Below, piece after piece: positions 58,605-64,000 of a DNA stretch of 64,000 bases; the first letter of the stretch is position 1, and each line of letters starts with the position of its first letter. The DNA is from Thermodesulfobacteriota bacterium (lineage in GTDB: Bacteria > Desulfobacterota > Desulfarculia > JACQYL01): assembly GCA_963675595.2 (NCBI GenBank), contig CAXXLZ010000001.1, positions 928,001-992,000 on the forward strand, read 5' to 3'. The position numbers were made by a program, and so were the translations under genes. The notes below the pieces were generated by a model. It was given only the letters and a program-made list of their open reading frames with translations. It was not told the origin of the DNA and did no database searches.

Positions 58605-59252
58605 TCATAACCATTTTACCGGCGCTTCACTCTGACGATGTTCAAGCCAAACCAGTACCTTGGAGAACTCCTGCCCCAACTCGGCCAGGGCTTTTCCTCT
58701 ATGGCTTACAAGGTTTTTCTCTTCCGGAGTCAGCTCGGCGAACGTTCTTTCCAGCGGGGGGAAGAAGAACAACGGGTCGTATCCGAACCCCTGAACTCCT
58801 CGTGGTTGTTCCAGAATCAACCCCTCGCAGCGTCCCTCGTAAATCAGAGCGGGTCCCGTAGGAACCGCGATGGCCAGCACACACATGAACTCGGCTTTCC
58901 GATTTTCAACGCCGGTCATCTCCCGGATCAACTTCCGATTGTTTTCTTCATCGGATGCTTCCGGCCCCGCATACCGAGCTGAAAAAACCCCCGGTTTCCC
59001 CTGGAGGGCCTCGACAATAAGCCCCGAATCGTCAGCGATGGCCGGGGTGCCGAGCATCCTGGCTGTGGAAACGGCTTTCTTGACCGCGTTGTCTTCAAAT
59101 GTTTCCCCGTCTTCCTCAACAGGAGGCATAGGGCCGAAATCGTCCAGATTTCGGATGTTCACAGGGAACTTCTCCAGCACTTTTCGCATTTCCTCGGTCT
59201 TGCCCGAGTTTCTGGTGGCCAGAACGAGGGTGGTTTTCTTGAGTGTGTTCAT
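58605..59252 (-). CDS. rdgB: XTP/dITP diphosphatase (HAM1 family)
   Basis: ATRNSGK, ADDSGL, PGVFSARY, GFGYDP, SHRGKA. Confidence 0.93.
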   Translation of the reverse strand: MNTLKKTTLVLATRNSGKTEEMRKVLEKFPVNIRNLDDFGPMPPVEEDGETFEDNAVKKAVSTARMLGTPAIADDSGLIVEALQGKPGVFSARYAGPEASDEENNRKLIREMTGVENRKAEFMCVLAIAVPTGPALIYEGRCEGLILEQPRGVQGFGYDPLFFFPPLERTFAELTPEEKNLVSHRGKALAELGQEFSKVLVWLEHRQSEAPVKWL

Positions 59253-59420
59253 TTTATGGCTCCAAGGCAAGAATTCGCCAAAGTTGAAGTTGATCTTGAA
59301 CGGCTGGAGAGTGGGACGCGATTGTTCCGTTCATGCGAAGCGGCGTCCGAACCAGGGGTGTGGGCTTGTCCGACAAGACGGTCTAAGTGACCCCGCATTT
59401 TCGAAACGTGTTCCGGGTGC

Positions 59421-60548
59421 TCAATCGGCAATGGGGAGATACAGACATGCCGCGGCTCCTCCGGACTCACGGTTTCCGATCTCGACACGGCCGCCGTGCA
59501 GTTTGAGGATCTTTCGAACCAATGTTAATCCCAAACCGACCCCCACGGCCTCCGACAACGCCGGGTCTCGGGAATGGAAGAATTCGTCGAAAACGCGCGG
59601 TAGATCCTGCGCACCGATTCCCGGGCCTTCGTCGAGGACCTTGATCACTAGATTCTTCTCGGTCTGTTCGCACAGTAAGGACACCGTACCGCCCGGCGGT
59701 GAAAATCTCACGGCGTTGAGAATTACATGACGGAGGGCCGTTGAGAACAACTCCTGATCGCCGAGAAGTCTTGTTATCGTTAAATCTCCGTGGACTTTCA
59801 CCAGCACGTTCTTGGCTTGCGCCTCATCTCTTATCGTCTTCAGTACTTCCGGGAGGAGGGCGGCCGGCTCAATGACGCCTTCTCCCTTAGAGTAGTGCCC
59901 CGCAGAAAGTCTCACGCTCATGAGCCAGTCTCCCAGAGTATTCAACTGGGTCCGGATGCGTGCCAGTGATTTGTCTATCAATTCTTTGGGCTTATCGGGG
60001 AGTTGACCCAGGATGCCTTGAGACAGAATCTGCAAATACTGGTGCACCGCCACCAAGGGTGTCTTCAGCTCGTGTACCGTGAAAAGCAGCTCATCGAGGG
60101 ATGGAAGCCGGCCTTCCTTTGAAGGGGCGCCTCTGCGGAATTCGGATAGCAGCACTGTCAGCGCGTCAAAGAAAGCGATATCCGTTTCGGGAAACGAGTC
60201 GGCTTTTGATACGAGCATAAGCCCCCCGGCAGGGGGCTCCTCCCGGGGAAAGGGTAGGTACAACAGCGCGGGAAAATCCTTCAATGCCTCGACGGTTCTC
60301 GGCATGTATCGCCGAAACTGATCCCGCGTTGCGAGTCTTTCCGCGTTTTCAACGCAGGTTGAGACTTCGGCCTTGTCCAGGGCGCCCACTACCCACCCTT
60401 CCGCATGTGTCAATGCCGGTTCGGATGCGTGACCGATTTCGGAGGATTGGACCAGACAAGCCGCCTCAAGAGAGAAACGGTGCATGAAAGCATCAAGGAA
60501 ACGTTCGAGTTGCGACGGGATTCCTTCTTGGCTGGAAATTTTCGTCAT
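59421..60548 (-). CDS. Sensor histidine kinase
   Basis: HELKTPL, NAVRF, DEGPGI, GVGLGL. Confidence 0.88.
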   Translation of the reverse strand: MTKISSQEGIPSQLERFLDAFMHRFSLEAACLVQSSEIGHASEPALTHAEGWVVGALDKAEVSTCVENAERLATRDQFRRYMPRTVEALKDFPALLYLPFPREEPPAGGLMLVSKADSFPETDIAFFDALTVLLSEFRRGAPSKEGRLPSLDELLFTVHELKTPLVAVHQYLQILSQGILGQLPDKPKELIDKSLARIRTQLNTLGDWLMSVRLSAGHYSKGEGVIEPAALLPEVLKTIRDEAQAKNVLVKVHGDLTITRLLGDQELFSTALRHVILNAVRFSPPGGTVSLLCEQTEKNLVIKVLDEGPGIGAQDLPRVFDEFFHSRDPALSEAVGVGLGLTLVRKILKLHGGRVEIGNRESGGAAACLYLPIAD

Positions 60549-60642
60549 GTAACCGTTTTGACCTGGTGTTCCACACTCGCAGATTCATCGGACGAGTAGA
60601 GAACTACACGGTCCCCTTTTGTTCGTACAATCGCTAAGCGCG

Positions 60643-61029
60643 TTAGGTACCGGAGCAAAGAGAAACAATCATGTCCTTAAGGGCATGGAAATCCACCGGT
60701 TTTTCCATGAAAGCATCCGCCGGGGTCACGTGCTTGCCGACAAATTCTCTGGCTTCCCGGAGAGTCCCCATGGCGGTGAGCATGATGAATCGAACGCTAT
60801 CACAGCCGGGGAGGTCTCGGATGGAACGCGTCAGGAGGAAACCGTCCATATCCGGAAGCACCAAGTCCACCAGACACACGGCAGGAGGATCCTCCTTGGC
60901 GGATTGTATCCCGGATGCCCCCGTGGCGACGGAACGGACGTGGTAGCCCTGGGATTCAAGAAAAAGCCTCAAGGTTTCCCTCATATCCGGATCATCGTCC
61001 ACTATCAGAATTCGAGGTGGCGCCGCCAT
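60643..61029 (-). CDS. Single-domain response regulator
   Basis: ILIVDDD, DLVLP, KPV. Confidence 0.9.
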   Translation of the reverse strand: MAAPPRILIVDDDPDMRETLRLFLESQGYHVRSVATGASGIQSAKEDPPAVCLVDLVLPDMDGFLLTRSIRDLPGCDSVRFIMLTAMGTLREAREFVGKHVTPADAFMEKPVDFHALKDMIVSLCSGT

Positions 61030-61041
61030 GATAGGAGCAGT

Positions 61042-61533
61042 CTAAACGTCCGTGGTTTTTTCTCTGCTCGATTCTTCCCGGGATCTAAAGCGCACACAGA
61101 GCACGGAACAGGGCGATTTGCGGACCACCTTTTCCGCCGTGCTTCCAAAAAACACGTGTGCCAAACCCGTAAGCCCGTGGGACCCCATCACGATAAGGTC
61201 GATATTCTGCTTTTCGGCGAACTCGACGATTCGTGAAGGCGGATGGCCGTTAATTACTTTCGGCTCATAATTTGTGTACCCTTCGAGTCTATCTGCGTAG
61301 GTCTCGACAATTTTGTTTTCCGACGCGGCCATCACTTCTTCGGTGAGCTGAAGTGTCGCATAATTGGGCACGAATTCTTCAAAGGCCGGGGAGGGTGATA
61401 CGATCGGAGGAATGACGTGCACGAGAAATAGGCGGGCACCGTTGCTCTTGGCCAAGGATTGAGCCACGTCGAAGGCCCGATCGGCGCCTTCCGAGAAGTC
61501 CGTGCAGAATGCGATCTTACTGAAGAGTTCCAT
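61042..61533 (-). CDS. Universal stress protein
   Basis: TDFS, IVMGSHG...FGSTAEKVVR. Confidence 0.92.
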   Translation of the reverse strand: MELFSKIAFCTDFSEGADRAFDVAQSLAKSNGARLFLVHVIPPIVSPSPAFEEFVPNYATLQLTEEVMAASENKIVETYADRLEGYTNYEPKVINGHPPSRIVEFAEKQNIDLIVMGSHGLTGLAHVFFGSTAEKVVRKSPCSVLCVRFRSREESSREKTTDV

Positions 61534-61603
61534 ACCTTGCCCCTTTGTTTGCCTGGACGTGTTCCGTAAAGTCTAACGATTTTAGCGCCGGGTGCCGAAA
61601 GGG

Positions 61604-63118
61604 TCAACGAGAAACCTCAGAGGCCGGCGACGGGACCCCGGTAACGGAAATGGAAGGGAGCATGATTCGAAAAGTAGTTCCCCGGTCACAATCACTCTCC
61701 ACCTCAATGGTTCCGAGATGGGCCTCAACGATTCCTTTCACAATGGGAAGCCCCAAACCTGTTCCTCCGATTCTTCGGGTCCCATCGCTTCTCACACGGT
61801 AGAACCGATCGAATATCTTCGGAATTTCTTCCTTTGGAATTCCTATGCCGGTGTCGGAAACAGTGATCTCCAGATAATCCCCTTTGGGTCCGGCGGAAAC
61901 CTTGATGTTGCCGTTTTCTTTATTATAACGGATTGCATTGGAAATAAGGTTTGTGACCACTCCTTCCATGTGGAGGGGGTCTCCCAGAATCGTGGGCAAC
62001 CGCTCCGGCAGCTCCAGGACAAGGGTGAGGCTACACTCGTCGGCCTTGGCGCGCATGAGTTCCGCCACCCGTTGAATCACGGGTTTCATGTCCAGTTCTT
62101 CTTTGTTGAGGGCAAGATTGCCGGATTCTATTTTGCTCAGGTCCAACAAGTTATTGATTAGATTCAGAAGTCCCGAACTTCTTATGGAGACTCTTTCCAG
62201 GGCTTGTTTCTGCGCCGGCAGGATCGGTCCCAATGTCCCGGAGGAGAGGATATCCACGTTCTGAAGCACCGCTGCCAGAGGAGCTCTCAGCTCATGGGCC
62301 ACCATGGCCACGAAGTCGGATTTCATTTTCTCGAGCTGCTTCAGATGACCGATGTCCTGTAACACGGTGACCGTGCCCATGGGGGAACCCTCATCCGTTG
62401 TTACAAGACCCATGCTGGCTCGGACATATGCATTGTCGCCGATTTCTATTTCACGGGTGACGGATTTCACGTCGCCGCCTCCCGCGCCGATCATCTGGGA
62501 GGCCATGTCCGCCATTTCAGGATTCCGGATGGCTTCCTTCAGGTTTCGTCCTTGTAGAATTTCCGGTGGGAGGCCCACAAGCCGGGCTGCGGAAGCGTTG
62601 TTGAGCACCACGTTGCCCTCACTGTCGGTGATGATGACGCCGTCGGCCATGGCGAAGATAATGTTGGTGATCCTGCTTTTTTCCGTCGCTATGTCCCTAA
62701 GGCTGCGATCCCGTTCCTGCCTCAAAAACGCGGCTTCCCTTTCCAGGCTGACTTTTTCCCAGGCGCGGTTTACCAGCAGGCGCAGCTGGTCCGGCGTAAA
62801 AGGCTTGGTAATGAAGTCATACGCTCCTCTCTTCATGGATTGGACCGCGGTCTCTATGGTTCCATGGCCCGTGATGATCAGGACAAGAGTCTTGATCTTT
62901 TTTTCATCGATTTCTTCGAGGAGCGCCATGCCGTCCATAACCGGCATTTTCAGGTCCAGCAAAGTGATGTCGATACCTTCCTCGAGCAGGATATCCAATG
63001 CTTGACGTCCATTTTCCGCGGTGAAAACTTCATATGCGCTTTTGGACAAAGCACGCGCGCATCCTTGCCGGATTATCATCTCGTCATCGACGATCAAGAT
63101 TTTTGCTTTGTTTCCCAT
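61604..63118 (-). CDS. Hybrid receiver-PAS-histidine kinase
   Basis: ILIVDDE, DLKMP, PAS, HELRAPL, GGTGLGL. Confidence 0.92.
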   Translation of the reverse strand: MGNKAKILIVDDEMIIRQGCARALSKSAYEVFTAENGRQALDILLEEGIDITLLDLKMPVMDGMALLEEIDEKKIKTLVLIITGHGTIETAVQSMKRGAYDFITKPFTPDQLRLLVNRAWEKVSLEREAAFLRQERDRSLRDIATEKSRITNIIFAMADGVIITDSEGNVVLNNASAARLVGLPPEILQGRNLKEAIRNPEMADMASQMIGAGGGDVKSVTREIEIGDNAYVRASMGLVTTDEGSPMGTVTVLQDIGHLKQLEKMKSDFVAMVAHELRAPLAAVLQNVDILSSGTLGPILPAQKQALERVSIRSSGLLNLINNLLDLSKIESGNLALNKEELDMKPVIQRVAELMRAKADECSLTLVLELPERLPTILGDPLHMEGVVTNLISNAIRYNKENGNIKVSAGPKGDYLEITVSDTGIGIPKEEIPKIFDRFYRVRSDGTRRIGGTGLGLPIVKGIVEAHLGTIEVESDCDRGTTFRIMLPSISVTGVPSPASEVSR

Positions 63119-63138
63119 TTCCTATACTTGTTCCTCAA

Positions 63139-64000
63139 TCATGGGAGGGTTTCTTGGTCGGTCTCTTTAAAGGGGACCGGGAGTTCAAGGCGAAACACAC
63201 TGCCTTTCTTCTCTTCGCTGTGCACGGTCAGCCGTCCTCCGTGCTTCTGCACAATCCCATAAGCGGTGCTCAACCCGAGTCCCGTGCCTTGCCCCACCTT
63301 TTTTGTGGTGAAAAACGGATCGAAGATGCGTGATAGGTTCTGCTCGGGGATGCCGCATCCCGTATCTTCCACTTCAGCGATGATGAAGTCCCCGCCGTCG
63401 GCGATGCGAGTCCGTAGCGTGAGCACGCCGCAGCCGTCCATGGCGTCGGCGGCGTTGACGATGAGATTCGTAATCACCTGATCAATGAGTCCGGGGTCGC
63501 CTTCCGCCAGCGGCAAGTCGGAGTCCTGCTCCATTCTGATATCGATATGTTTGAACAGTGGTTGCTTTCCAAACAAAGTAACCACCTTGTGGAATCTTTC
63601 GTTGAGGCTGAATCTCGTCTTCTCTTTTCCGTACTGCCTGCTGAAGTCCAGAAGGTTTCGAACAATGTCTTTGCAGCGAAGTGTCTGCTCGACGATTTGC
63701 TCCAAATCGCCCCTTCGAGGATCATCTTTCTCCACCTCTTCGAGAAGCATATTCGCGAGCATGAGGATACCGCCCAACGGATTGTTGATTTCATGAGCGA
63801 CCCCGGCCGCCAGCTTGCCGAGAGAGGCCATCTTCTCCGATTGTACCAGCTGAAGGTGGGTTTCCTCCAGCTCCCTTTCCATTCTGATGCGTTCCCTTAA
63901 ATCAGAAAAGATACCCACTGTGGCGACCTCGTTCTCGTCTTCATAGATTGTGGCCGCCGAGAGATTGCAGGGAATAATCTCCCCCTGTTTGCTTTGCAGG
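63139..64000 (-). CDS. PAS sensor histidine kinase (NtrB-like), 5' end outside the window
   Basis: Frame open to the window end (PAC-like LQSKQGEIIPCNLSA); HEINNPL, FDPFFTTK, GTGLGL. Confidence 0.9.
   Translation of the reverse strand, partial: LQSKQGEIIPCNLSAATIYEDENEVATVGIFSDLRERIRMERELEETHLQLVQSEKMASLGKLAAGVAHEINNPLGGILMLANMLLEEVEKDDPRRGDLEQIVEQTLRCKDIVRNLLDFSRQYGKEKTRFSLNERFHKVVTLFGKQPLFKHIDIRMEQDSDLPLAEGDPGLIDQVITNLIVNAADAMDGCGVLTLRTRIADGGDFIIAEVEDTGCGIPEQNLSRIFDPFFTTKKVGQGTGLGLSTAYGIVQKHGGRLTVHSEEKKGSVFRLELPVPFKETDQETLP

Overview
A GC-rich bacterial chromosomal window whose gene content (non-decarboxylating glutaryl-CoA dehydrogenase-like gene, YcaO-TPR, PEP-CTERM protein, tRNA-Sec) suggests an anaerobic Desulfobacterota/deltaproteobacterium; this assignment is inference. 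Left part (1-24.5 kb): CoA/TPP-dependent metabolic genes, an orphan RiPP-type radical SAM methyltransferase and a YcaO, transport and stress genes including a sigma-54-preceded USP cluster. Centre (about 24.6-43.5 kb): a probable defence island next to the 3' end of tRNA-Sec with an integrase remnant. It carries a complete type III-A CRISPR-Cas locus (cas6, CARF/NE0113-wHTH, cas10, csm2-5, two more CARF effectors, CRISPR-associated primase-polymerase, cas1, cas2), an 11-repeat array and a UDG-fold gene. Right part: PFK, MoxR/VWA, ABC-F, beta-oxidation genes, an ECF sigma module and two-component signalling genes. Most striking observation: an identical perfect palindrome (CGGCAACGTTGCCG) lies just upstream of putative promoters of both cas6 and cas10, flanking a CARF-wHTH gene, which suggests a cyclic-oligoadenylate-responsive transcriptional circuit. 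Also notable: three spacers appear to hit homologous alleles of the same gene.
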